A DNA stretch of 64,000 nucleotides, from the NCBI GenBank assembly GCA_016182085.1, contig JACOYB010000009.1, positions 1,393 to 65,392 on the forward strand, given 5' to 3'. Numbering within the stretch: position 1 is the stretch's first letter; every line of letters starts with the position of its first letter. Shown here in pieces: positions 8,228 to 17,404 of the stretch. The translations under genes and the position numbers were made by a program. The notes beneath the pieces were generated by a model that saw nothing but the letters and a program-made list of their open reading frames with translations, was not told where the DNA came from and searched no databases. Origin of the DNA: Candidatus Magasanikiibacteriota bacterium (GTDB lineage: Bacteria > Patescibacteriota > Patescibacteriia > Magasanikbacterales > GWA2-37-8).

Positions 8228-8470
8228 ATGTATTATGTATATATCCTGGAATGCGTAGACAAAACATTGTATACTGGTATAGCTACGGATTTAGCGCGCA
8301 GGGTAAAAGAACATAATACCTCCAAATTGGCGGCCAAATATACCCGCGGTCGCCGGCCGGTAAAAATTGTTTATACAAAGAGGTTTCGCAATCGGTCTAA
8401 TGCTTCTAAGGCCGAAGCCAGGATAAAGAAAATGACGAGAAAAGAGAAGTTGAAGTTAAGCATAGAATAA
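8228..8470 (+). CDS. GIY-YIG nuclease family protein (second tandem copy)
   Basis: MYYVYILEC…LYTGIATDLARRVKEH. Confidence 0.7.
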   Translation: MYYVYILECVDKTLYTGIATDLARRVKEHNTSKLAAKYTRGRRPVKIVYTKRFRNRSNASKAEARIKKMTRKEKLKLSIE

Positions 8471-8546
8471 ATTTGTCATTCCCGCCGGAGCGGGAATCCA
8501 GACAATTGTATTGGATACTGGATTCCCATTGCGATGGGAATGACAA
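8471..8546. repeat. Hairpin repeat, subfamily B ('gtcattccc…gggaatccag.caattgt.tggattccc…gggaatgacaa')
   Basis: Near-identical architecture at 55165-55232. Overlaps the annotated 5' end of the helicase ORF. Confidence 0.65.
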
Positions 8547-8575
8547 CCGAGAGAATAAATAATTTCTTAAACTGT

Positions 8576-10234
8576 ATGACTCAAGAGCAAGCGCTGGACA
8601 TACTTAAAACCGGCGCTAATGTTTTTTTAACCGGCGAACCTGGAGCGGGTAAGACGCATACTATAAACGAGTATGCGCGTTATTTGCGTGCCCGCAACAT
8701 AGAGCCATCTATTACCGCTTCTACCGGTATTGCGGCTACGCATTTGGGCGGAATGACCATTCATTCTTGGAGCGGTATTGGCATACGTAAATATTTGGAT
8801 GGGTATGAATTAGATAAAATAAGCTCTACTGAATATCTTGCCAAACGCATTCGCCGGGCGAAAGTATTAGTAATAGACGAAGTGTCCATGTTATCTCCCG
8901 AAACACTGGATATGGCTGACGCGGTGTGCCGCAACATACGTCAAAATGGCGATGCGTTTGGCGGTTTGCAAATTATTTTTGTCGGTGATTTTTTTCAGTT
9001 GCCGCCGGTTGTAAAAAATGAGAATAATTCACAATTACAAACTTCGCTACTTCAGAATAATAAACCCAGGTTTGCCTACGCTTCATCTGCTTGGCAAAGA
9101 GCCAAGCCTGTAGTTTGTTATCTTACCGAACAGCACCGTCAGGATGATGATATATTTTTACAAATTCTTTCGGCGGTTCGGGCTAATACTGTTAATAATG
9201 ATCACTTGTCTGAAATTGAAAAAAGAAAAGTACGCGATGAAAATTTCGCCAGTAAAGCTGTAAAATTATATACCCATAATATAGATGTGGATCGCACCAA
9301 TGATGCCATGCTTGCCACGGTTGTAAACAAACCAATGACGTTTGAAATGACAAGTAAAGGTTCGTCGGCGCTGGTGGCCACTCTTCAAAAAGGTTGTTTG
9401 TCGCCATCTAGTTTAATACTAAAAGTTGGAGCCAAAGTTATGTTTACAAAAAATAATCCTAAAGAAGGCTTTGTAAATGGAACATTGGGAATTGTGGAAG
9501 GGTTTGAACGATATATGAATTTGCCAATCATTCGCACTCATGACGGCCGGCAAATTATGGTAGAAAAAATGGAGTGGAGTGTGCAAGAAAACGGTAAGGT
9601 GCGGGCCGAGATCTCGCAGATTCCATTACGTTTAGCCTGGGCTATAACCGTGCATAAAAGCCAAGGAATGAGCCTGGAAGAAGCGGTAATGGACCTAAGC
9701 GACGTATTTGAGTTTGGGCAGGGATATGTGGCTTTGTCGCGCGTACGGCGCCTAGCCGGCCTGTATTTATTGGGTTGGAATGAGCGGGCGTTTCAGGTGC
9801 ATCCGGAAGTACTAGAAAAAGACAAAGATTTTAGGGTTAGTTCGGAGGCAAATGTAAATGTGTTTTCCGGTATTCCCAAAGAAGAACTAAGTAAGATGCA
9901 TAAAAATTTTGTTAAAGCGTGTGGGGGAGATGAAGTTGATTTGAGTTTGCAAACAGGTGAAGACGATGCACAATACGAACCTATTACTCGCCAAAATTAC
10001 GCAGAAGGATTAGGAAAGAAAAAGAAACCAAAAGCAAAAGGGTCTGGTTACGCAAAAATCAGGGAAAAGCATCCAAATGCGTATAAATCATGGAGTGCAG
10101 AGCAAGACGAAGAATTGAAACAGTTTTTTGCGAGCGGCGTACCCATTGAACAGCTCGCGGAAACATTTGGACGTAAAGAAGGCGCTATATCTATGCGGTT
10201 GATTAAATTGGGACTTATGGAAGGGGAGTTATAA
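8576..10234 (+). CDS. PIF1/RecD-like P-loop DNA helicase with a C-terminal HTH-like tail
   Basis: Walker A 'GEPGAGKTH'. 'IIFVGDFFQLPPV' is the PIF1 signature. C-terminal 'WSAEQDEELKQFFASGVPIEQLAETFGRKEGAISMRLIKLGL' resembles a sigma-70 region-4 HTH. The upstream in-frame extension to 8534 is encoded by the repeat. Confidence 0.7.
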   Translation: MTQEQALDILKTGANVFLTGEPGAGKTHTINEYARYLRARNIEPSITASTGIAATHLGGMTIHSWSGIGIRKYLDGYELDKISSTEYLAKRIRRAKVLVIDEVSMLSPETLDMADAVCRNIRQNGDAFGGLQIIFVGDFFQLPPVVKNENNSQLQTSLLQNNKPRFAYASSAWQRAKPVVCYLTEQHRQDDDIFLQILSAVRANTVNNDHLSEIEKRKVRDENFASKAVKLYTHNIDVDRTNDAMLATVVNKPMTFEMTSKGSSALVATLQKGCLSPSSLILKVGAKVMFTKNNPKEGFVNGTLGIVEGFERYMNLPIIRTHDGRQIMVEKMEWSVQENGKVRAEISQIPLRLAWAITVHKSQGMSLEEAVMDLSDVFEFGQGYVALSRVRRLAGLYLLGWNERAFQVHPEVLEKDKDFRVSSEANVNVFSGIPKEELSKMHKNFVKACGGDEVDLSLQTGEDDAQYEPITRQNYAEGLGKKKKPKAKGSGYAKIREKHPNAYKSWSAEQDEELKQFFASGVPIEQLAETFGRKEGAISMRLIKLGLMEGEL

Positions 10235-10246
10235 TTATTTATTTCT

Positions 10247-10873
10247 ATGCGCGAGCAAGAACCATCATTACACAATAAAGATCATTTATTATCAGATCGA
10301 GAGCTTTCAAACCTTGAAATTATTGATCAGATAATGACCGGTAACGACGATAAGCGCCTTCAGCAGCTCAGGGATTTTTTATTAAAGGAAGGTATGAGTA
10401 AAGAGGATATTGAAGGTTCTATTGCTGCGCGACGCCTGAGAGAACAAATCCATAAAGAAGATCGGACTCAGCTTGAAGAGCGTTTAAAAACTCATCCACT
10501 ACCAACGAGCGAAGAGCTTTCAATGGGTGCTTTTGCAGAGGTCATTGAACGGCCAATCAGAAATGCCGTCCTTACTTTGAGACGCAAGGGTTATAATACG
10601 GCTAGTTCTGGTTTTGGGAATTTCAACTATCAAACTCTTCAGTTAAATAGTCCTCAATTTAAAGATTTAGATACGGCGGTAGTTAAAAAATTAGAAGCGC
10701 TCGGAGTCAAAGTGGGTGATGGGAGCTTAAATTTTAAATGCAATCAATCAGATCCAATTAAAATTATGAATATCTGGGATACCATTGCCGCTGCCCTCCC
10801 TTCTTTGGGTGAACCGTCGCCCGACTCGCCGCTCCCAGCTTCTCAAACATTTAGAAATAAATTTAATTTATAA
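10247..10873 (+). CDS. Hypothetical protein
   Basis: 208-aa ORF, 12 nt after the helicase stop. Confidence 0.35.
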   Translation: MREQEPSLHNKDHLLSDRELSNLEIIDQIMTGNDDKRLQQLRDFLLKEGMSKEDIEGSIAARRLREQIHKEDRTQLEERLKTHPLPTSEELSMGAFAEVIERPIRNAVLTLRRKGYNTASSGFGNFNYQTLQLNSPQFKDLDTAVVKKLEALGVKVGDGSLNFKCNQSDPIKIMNIWDTIAAALPSLGEPSPDSPLPASQTFRNKFNL

Positions 10874-10944
10874 AAAATTATTTTATAAAGAGCCCTTTGC
10901 CTTTATAGAAGCTTTTTGTTATCCTTGTAGCAAGGAGGGGGAAA

Positions 10945-11568
10945 ATGCATACCATCAATATCATTGCCGCGGTTGTTACTGTGGTTGTGGCACTGGTCGC
11001 CTTTGTGCGCATGTGGTGGTGCATGCGTAATGAAACAGCTCGCCCCAATGTGTTTACTTGGGTCGTCTGGGCAATCCTGGCTACCGCGCTTCTGAAAAGC
11101 GAGTGGGAAGCAATTGGCGCCACCTGGGCGCTGTCGCTTCTTATCAATGACCTGATTTGTATTTCAGCCACCGCTATAGCGCTGTCTGTGATCGCAATAC
11201 GGAATCTAAAAGCAGGCAAGAAGCAGACCAAGAAAGATTGGTTAAAGAAAAACGCGGTTGAATTGTCTTGCCTGGTAGCAATCATGTTGGCTACCGTTGT
11301 TTGGTGGCTAACCTCGTCAGCGCTTATCGCGCTTATCTGCTATCTGGCAATTGATTTCATAGCTGTAGTGCCTACACTGTATGCGGTCTGGCAGGATTAT
11401 AGAGTTGAAGATGCATGGGAATGGGTCCTGTTCCAGGTGGCCAACACAGCGGTGATCTTGACCGTGCCAGCATTCACCTTCGAGCATTTGGCCTATCCAA
11501 TCACGGTATGCCTTATTGCTTTGGTAGTTAACATGGTGCGTGGGCTATCGTGGTGGATGGATGTATAG
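10945..11568 (+). CDS. Hypothetical polytopic membrane protein (higher G+C than neighbours)
   Basis: RBS 'aggaggggg' upstream; five or six hydrophobic helices. The antisense ORF 10878..11285 is judged spurious. Confidence 0.4.
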   Translation: MHTINIIAAVVTVVVALVAFVRMWWCMRNETARPNVFTWVVWAILATALLKSEWEAIGATWALSLLINDLICISATAIALSVIAIRNLKAGKKQTKKDWLKKNAVELSCLVAIMLATVVWWLTSSALIALICYLAIDFIAVVPTLYAVWQDYRVEDAWEWVLFQVANTAVILTVPAFTFEHLAYPITVCLIALVVNMVRGLSWWMDV

Positions 11569-11588
11569 TAATACTGGCAATCTCTAGA

Positions 11589-13052
11589 TTAACGAGATGC
11601 CAGTAAAGGAGTTTTGCCGGTCCTCGTGGCCGGCTTCGTGTTTGTAAGAAGAAAAGTAAATAGGATAATCCCCATTACGTGAAATAAAGCTGGAGAAGTT
11701 AGGTTGATTATAAGCAGCGCAATTAGTGTTACGAGTAAACCTCGTTGTTTATATATAAGCTTTAAGCAGTACGCAATAAGCGCCAACCAAACAAGCAAAC
11801 CAATAATTCCCACCTCGGCTATAATTTCCAAATAGCCCCAATCAAAATGGGGGGTAGTAATATTCTGTTTAAATACCGGACTATATACCGTAACGGTATC
11901 ACCCAAACCATTTCCCAAAATTGGTTTGTCTTGAATTTTTTCCATAATTTTTGGCAGCAGCAGCATACGGCTCAGCGAACTATCTTCGGTTTGCGGCATG
12001 GCAATGCTTTGCAAGCGTATTCCCAAATATTCCAAGCCCAAACTATCACCTTTAGTGGCGGCAACATGAGTAAAAATAAAAATTGATATAAAAATTACAA
12101 AGGCGCTGCCGGAATATAAAAACCATTTTTTCCAGTTTTTAAAAGAAAAAAGAAGTAAAATACCGGCAAACAAAGACATGAAATAAATACGGGTAAGATT
12201 GATCGTAAGAATGGCCAGCAGCATGCCCGCGGAGATTTGCGACAAACCGAGGCTGATATTTTTTTTGGTTGTAATAAACAGTTGTTTGGAAAATAGATAT
12301 AAAAATATCGGTATCATGAGCAGCTGTTCATTAAGTACGATTCGGAAGAAACCCGTGTTAAAGTTTGTAATTTTTCCGCCGGCTACATCTCTAAACCAGT
12401 GATAATAACTGTCCTGCAAGATAAATATGCCGGAAGAAAATCCGACAAGTGTAATATAGGTAAAAATAAAGTTGCCTATAATCGCGGCAAAAACCATATT
12501 AACACTAGTGCTGCGGAAAGTTACCGAGGAGAGTAGTTGTTTAAGTGGAAAATAGTATAAAAAGAATAGGTAGGGAATACAATCGGCTAGAATTAGTTTT
12601 GGATTGTTGCCTAGCAGGTAGCCTTGTACAGCCGATACTGCTACGGCGGTATAAAGTGCGGCCAAAATTAAAAGTATTGGCTTATTTTCAATAAATAACT
12701 TCCATTTTTTGTCGCGAACGGCATGAAAAACAAAAATACCGGCGGCAAATACCAGAAGTATGGTGCGCAGTGATATATTTTTTATCTCTAAAAAGTTCCC
12801 CGCTCCGCCTAAAATCATTTCCGCGGCAATAATTATCCAGCCGCGCATGTCTTTTTTGATTAAAAAATAAACGGCCGCGGCGAGTATGGCTCCGGAAATA
12901 ATCCAATTTATGATGCTGGCCTCATAGAGCGGCGTGCCCGGGCTGAAGAAATAAGAAAAAATGCGGATTGTGAAATATATCATCAGTCCGCCGAGAATTT
13001 GTTTGGTAGATAGTTCTAAGTTTTGCAGCTTTATTTTTAGTTTTGAAAACAT
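11589..13052 (-). CDS. O-antigen ligase/polymerase-family membrane protein
   Basis: More than 10 TM segments. 'HFDWGYLEIIAEVGIIGLLVWLALI' is an O-antigen ligase (Wzy_C)-like motif. Confidence 0.5.
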   Translation of the reverse strand: MFSKLKIKLQNLELSTKQILGGLMIYFTIRIFSYFFSPGTPLYEASIINWIISGAILAAAVYFLIKKDMRGWIIIAAEMILGGAGNFLEIKNISLRTILLVFAAGIFVFHAVRDKKWKLFIENKPILLILAALYTAVAVSAVQGYLLGNNPKLILADCIPYLFFLYYFPLKQLLSSVTFRSTSVNMVFAAIIGNFIFTYITLVGFSSGIFILQDSYYHWFRDVAGGKITNFNTGFFRIVLNEQLLMIPIFLYLFSKQLFITTKKNISLGLSQISAGMLLAILTINLTRIYFMSLFAGILLLFSFKNWKKWFLYSGSAFVIFISIFIFTHVAATKGDSLGLEYLGIRLQSIAMPQTEDSSLSRMLLLPKIMEKIQDKPILGNGLGDTVTVYSPVFKQNITTPHFDWGYLEIIAEVGIIGLLVWLALIAYCLKLIYKQRGLLVTLIALLIINLTSPALFHVMGIILFTFLLTNTKPATRTGKTPLLASR

Positions 13053-13112
13053 GCGAGCGTTATATATGCAAATTATAGCATTTTTTATTTAATAAGGAAA
13101 ACAAAAAACTTA

Positions 13113-14036
13113 TTAAAGCAGATGAACCTGGTCAAAGTTTTTATAGCCATTTGCAAAAACGCCAGCGCTCATGACAATTTTTCCTTCCAGTTGCAACTCT
13201 AAAACTTTTATAGCATGTTGTCCGCAGCCGATAAAGATATTTCTATGTTCTATAAGTACGGTGCCTGGTTCCAGGGTTCTTTCTGCCCTGGCAATTTTTA
13301 ATAATTTTAATCGTTTATCTGCCCACATGCACCAAATACCCGGCCAGGGAGTATAGGCTCGGTACAGGTTATAGATTTGGTCGGCAGTTTGGGAAAAGTC
13401 AATGCGGCCGTCATCTTTATGTATAAGTTTAGTAAATGTTGCTAAACTATGATCTTGTACTTGGGGGATAATCTCTCCTTCCATATATTCCGGCAGGGTA
13501 TTTAAGAGTAGCGTAGAGCCCGCGGCGGCCATTTTATGGCTTAACGTGGTAAAAGTGTCATCTGCACCTATCGTTACCCCCTCTTCAGACAAAATGGGGC
13601 CATGATCTACCTGTTCATCCATAAGCATTATCGTAACACCGGTTAGCGTTTCGCCATTTTTAATGGCTTCTTGAATAGGCGAGGCGCCGCGGTATTTGGG
13701 CAGCAATGATCCGTGTACATTGATTATGCCTTTGGAAAACGAATCAATGATGCTTTTAGGAATGATGAGTCCGTATTGGGCTACCACAGCTACAGATGAA
13801 TCGGTTAGTGAAGTAAGGGAAAAATTTTTTAAAGTCTCCGGTTGTTTTATAGTTAAATTATGCCGTAAAGCCAATTTTTTTACCGCTGACTGCTCCAAAA
13901 TTTGTTTGCGTCCGACTTTTCGGTCCGGCTGGGTAAAAACCATTTCCACGGAAAACTTGGGATCTTGCAAAAGTCCTTCCAAAATAACGGCCGCAAAATC
14001 TTGCGTGCCAAAGAAAACGATTTTAATCTTGGACAT
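13113..14036 (-). CDS. fmt: Methionyl-tRNA formyltransferase
   Basis: KIVFFGTQDFA…INVHGSLLPKYRGASPIQ…DHGPIL. Confidence 0.85.
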   Translation of the reverse strand: MSKIKIVFFGTQDFAAVILEGLLQDPKFSVEMVFTQPDRKVGRKQILEQSAVKKLALRHNLTIKQPETLKNFSLTSLTDSSVAVVAQYGLIIPKSIIDSFSKGIINVHGSLLPKYRGASPIQEAIKNGETLTGVTIMLMDEQVDHGPILSEEGVTIGADDTFTTLSHKMAAAGSTLLLNTLPEYMEGEIIPQVQDHSLATFTKLIHKDDGRIDFSQTADQIYNLYRAYTPWPGIWCMWADKRLKLLKIARAERTLEPGTVLIEHRNIFIGCGQHAIKVLELQLEGKIVMSAGVFANGYKNFDQVHLL

Positions 14037-14081
14037 ATTATGCTTGAGTTAAGATTAAATACCGACAAAGTATAGAGAAGT

Positions 14082-14576
14082 TTATTTGGCAGTTTCTTCA
14101 AGCGTGTGCAATTGTTTGGCTTTGGAAATAAAGAGAGTGCCGTTTAGATGATCTATTTCATGCTGGCAGATTCTGGCAAAAAAACCAGCGGCCGCAAATT
14201 CAATCTTCTCTCCTTCGGTATTTAAGGCCGTGACCTTTATTTTTTTATATCGCCTGACTTTGCCATATACTTTTGGCACGGATAAACATCCTTCTTCATC
14301 CCAATCACGCAGTATAGATACTTTTTCAAATGTTGGGTTTATTAAAACCAAATCCGTTTTTTTATCCGGCGTGAAATCTTTGGCGATTACGCACAGTTGA
14401 ATTGGTTTGGCTGCTTGGATAGAAGCAATGCCAACGCCGTTTTTGACATACATGGTTTCTATCAAATCAGCCGTAAATTTTTTTATAGCGTCCGACTTTA
14501 TTTCTGCCATGGTTAACTCGCGAGAAGGTTTGTATAGAAGGGGGTATTCTGATTCTTTTGGCACTTTTAAGAGCAT
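14082..14576 (-). CDS. def: Peptide deformylase
   Basis: GVGIASIQ, EEGCLSVP and QHEIDHLNG motifs. Confidence 0.85.
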   Translation of the reverse strand: MLLKVPKESEYPLLYKPSRELTMAEIKSDAIKKFTADLIETMYVKNGVGIASIQAAKPIQLCVIAKDFTPDKKTDLVLINPTFEKVSILRDWDEEGCLSVPKVYGKVRRYKKIKVTALNTEGEKIEFAAAGFFARICQHEIDHLNGTLFISKAKQLHTLEETAK

Positions 14577-14577
14577 A

Positions 14578-16515
14578 CTAAGAAAAAGATAAGATTGAAT
14601 TAGGATTAGGGTCTATTTTCCAATTATCCGGTATATGAGAAAGCAGCAGTTTAGTATTTTTTTTGTAATTTTCGTACTTTATTTTGGCTAGTAGTATTTG
14701 CCAGTATTGCCCATTATGGCGATAAGGAGAAGCTTCCCAAGGCCCCATTATTGTAATATCTTGGCTATTTTTGGTCAATTGTGTTAGTTTGGCAGCGATT
14801 TTGCGTGTTTCGGCTAATAAGGCCTCTTCTTTGGGATTCCCAGCCGTAATTTTTACAAGAAATTTGAATGGCGGATAGCCCAGTATACGTCTTTCGTCTA
14901 GCTGTTGCCCGTAAAAGGCAGTTGGGTCAAAAAGGGAAGTAAATACCAAGTGTTCGGGGTGGCTGGTCTGCACCACTAGTTGTGAATCGGCAGGTAAATT
15001 AAATTGAGCATCACGCAACTGTTGCCAAAGATTTTCAGAAATTTTGTATTCTGGAATAAAAAGCGAAGAGTCTGCATCCAGAAAAGCGAGTAATTTTATT
15101 TTGCTCCAATCAAGGCGAGTCCAGGCTAGCTGAGTGCCGATAATTATTTTATCTGCCCCGTACTGAGTCGGACTTGCGGCTCTAGTACCGGGGTCTGCCT
15201 TTGTATCTAGTTTTTTCAATTCGGTTTCATCGCTATCTATGCGAATAATGGGCCGAGTATCATTTTTCGGAACAATTTTTTTGATAAGTTCTTCGGCAAG
15301 CTGCGTGCCGGCGCCAAACATATTGATATTTGTACCTTGGCATTTTTTACATTCCAAGGACATATTTTCCGAGTACTGGCAGAAATGACAGCTTAGTCGT
15401 CCGGTATCTTGGTGATAGGTGAGAGAAAAATGGCAGTTCGGACATTTTAAGACATTGCCGCAATCTTGGCAGCCCACATAGCTTAGGGTGCCGCGGCGAT
15501 TGATAAAGAGAAAAATATCGCCCGTTTTTATTTTTTGAAATGCTTCCAGCAGATCGTGGCTCATCAGAGAAAAGTTTTTTAACCGCCTTTGCGCGCGCAT
15601 ATCCACGATTTGAATTTCTTTTCGTATGGGTTTTATATCAATATGGCCGCCGGCGTATACTTTTTTTTGGGCAAAAAATAGGGTTTCCACGGTAGGCGTG
15701 TGGGATAGCAAGGTGAGTTGAGCGCCGTGACTGGTGGATAAAAACAAAGCCGCATCGCGCGTGTGGAGGCGTGGAGCCATATCCCAGCTTTTATAATTTG
15801 AATTGCCTTCGTCATCCAAAATAATATGCCGCAAATTAAACCACGGTAAAAACAAAGCGGCTCTGGTGCCGATAATGATGTTTTTTTCACCTCGCCAGAT
15901 TTCCAGCCACCCGGTAAACAGCTCCTTTTCGTTGAGTTCGCTGGTAATTACAGTCGTTTTTTCCAAAATATTATTTGGAAGAATTGCCTTGATTTTTTCT
16001 ACCGATCTTAATTCTGGAACTAGGAACAAGATTTGCGAATCCGCATATTTTAATTTTTCTAGGATACTGTTAGTTTTTTCCTCCGTGTTGTTATAGACAA
16101 ATAATTCAGGCTTATGTCCGGTTTGTTTGGTGGAAAGTGTTGGGTTCGTATCCGGAGAAAAATCTTCGGATTGTAATTTTTGCAGTTTTCTTTTTTGCAG
16201 CGGAATTAAATTGTTTTTTAATAAAAATCCCAAAGATACATGGTAAAATTCGGAAATATCGGTTAAAAAGTTTAATTGTGCTTTAGATAGTATTGGTTTT
16301 TTAAAAACTATTTCGGTAATAGGTTTTAATTTTAAATTTTTGTTCGCGGCGCTTGATTCCAAATTAAAAACTACCCCAAATTCTTCTTTATTACGAAAAG
16401 GGATTTTTACGAGCTGTCCGATTTGGATCGTATCTCGGTACTGCTCCGGTACTATGTAATCCAAGAAAGGCAAGGATAGCGGCACTCGCTTGGCCGGAAT
16501 AATTTGCACGATCAT
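14578..16515 (-). CDS. priA: Primosomal protein N' (PriA helicase)
   Basis: Helicase motifs plus zinc fingers 'CQDCGNVLKCPNCHFSLTYH…CHFCQY…CKKCQG'. Gene order priA-def-fmt is conserved. Confidence 0.8.
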   Translation of the reverse strand: MIVQIIPAKRVPLSLPFLDYIVPEQYRDTIQIGQLVKIPFRNKEEFGVVFNLESSAANKNLKLKPITEIVFKKPILSKAQLNFLTDISEFYHVSLGFLLKNNLIPLQKRKLQKLQSEDFSPDTNPTLSTKQTGHKPELFVYNNTEEKTNSILEKLKYADSQILFLVPELRSVEKIKAILPNNILEKTTVITSELNEKELFTGWLEIWRGEKNIIIGTRAALFLPWFNLRHIILDDEGNSNYKSWDMAPRLHTRDAALFLSTSHGAQLTLLSHTPTVETLFFAQKKVYAGGHIDIKPIRKEIQIVDMRAQRRLKNFSLMSHDLLEAFQKIKTGDIFLFINRRGTLSYVGCQDCGNVLKCPNCHFSLTYHQDTGRLSCHFCQYSENMSLECKKCQGTNINMFGAGTQLAEELIKKIVPKNDTRPIIRIDSDETELKKLDTKADPGTRAASPTQYGADKIIIGTQLAWTRLDWSKIKLLAFLDADSSLFIPEYKISENLWQQLRDAQFNLPADSQLVVQTSHPEHLVFTSLFDPTAFYGQQLDERRILGYPPFKFLVKITAGNPKEEALLAETRKIAAKLTQLTKNSQDITIMGPWEASPYRHNGQYWQILLAKIKYENYKKNTKLLLSHIPDNWKIDPNPNSILSFS

Positions 16516-16604
16516 ATTCGAAATGAGTGAATATAAAGTTAGATATATTTAACTTTATATAAGCGAATGAGAATAATGCGGCTTTAGCCCCTATACGCCA
16601 ATCA

Positions 16605-17396
16605 TTAAAGGGCAAAATTTGCCGTGAGATAGCCTACGCCAAACGGAGCTTCATAGGCGTAAGATTTGTAGTTGCTAGAAACACCCTGAAGAATGCCCAT
16701 GAGAATTAAAAATGATCTAAAACCACATTCGGTGGCATTTGTTACCATCGTCTTATCCATTTGCAGCATGCCGGCCAAATTATGACCAGCCAAAAGTTCT
16801 TGGATTTTTTTATCAAATTCCGGTCCGGCGGGGTTGTATCCGGCCGGCGCGTCGGTAATTAAAGCGTGCGATAAATCTCCGGAAGCAATGACGGCTACGC
16901 GTTTGTTTGTTTCAGAAATTTTTTCCTTTATTAAATTACCAAAGGCCACATGTGTTTTCCAATCTAAGTCACAAAAACCGATCGGAATTATTTTGATATT
17001 TTTTAAGTGAGGGGTTAAGTAAATAAGGGGTACCGATGTTCCATGATCAAGATTTGGTTCGCTAATCATCGTAGCCGGTATATGTTCTTGATTTGCCGAT
17101 TCGCGAATTGAAGAACTTAGGTATGTTTCACCATGAAATTTTATCTTTGTGCCCAAATCGCCAAACGCGCGCAAATCGGTTTGATAGGTAGGGTTAGCGT
17201 TAAGGGTAAAGGCCTCTTTAAACGCGTGGCCGTGCGGAGAAATGATAATTAAAATTTCAGGATGAGTAATATATAAATCTTTTTCCATTTGCTCCAAGCC
17301 TATTTTGGTTTTTTCCAACTTTTTCACCGCGCTGTGGCCGATGCTGGGAAGAATAAGGGGCGGGTGAGGGGTGATACCGGCAAACACTAAAGACAT
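16605..17396 (-). CDS. Class III extradiol dioxygenase-like (LigB/DODA/MEMO1 superfamily) protein
   Basis: 'GITPHPP', 'ISPHGH', 'LDHGTSVPL' and 'ASGDLSHAL' parallel the His-containing motifs of YgiD-like enzymes. Confidence 0.45.
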   Translation of the reverse strand: MSLVFAGITPHPPLILPSIGHSAVKKLEKTKIGLEQMEKDLYITHPEILIIISPHGHAFKEAFTLNANPTYQTDLRAFGDLGTKIKFHGETYLSSSIRESANQEHIPATMISEPNLDHGTSVPLIYLTPHLKNIKIIPIGFCDLDWKTHVAFGNLIKEKISETNKRVAVIASGDLSHALITDAPAGYNPAGPEFDKKIQELLAGHNLAGMLQMDKTMVTNATECGFRSFLILMGILQGVSSNYKSYAYEAPFGVGYLTANFAL

Positions 17397-17404
17397 ATAA
17401 TAAA

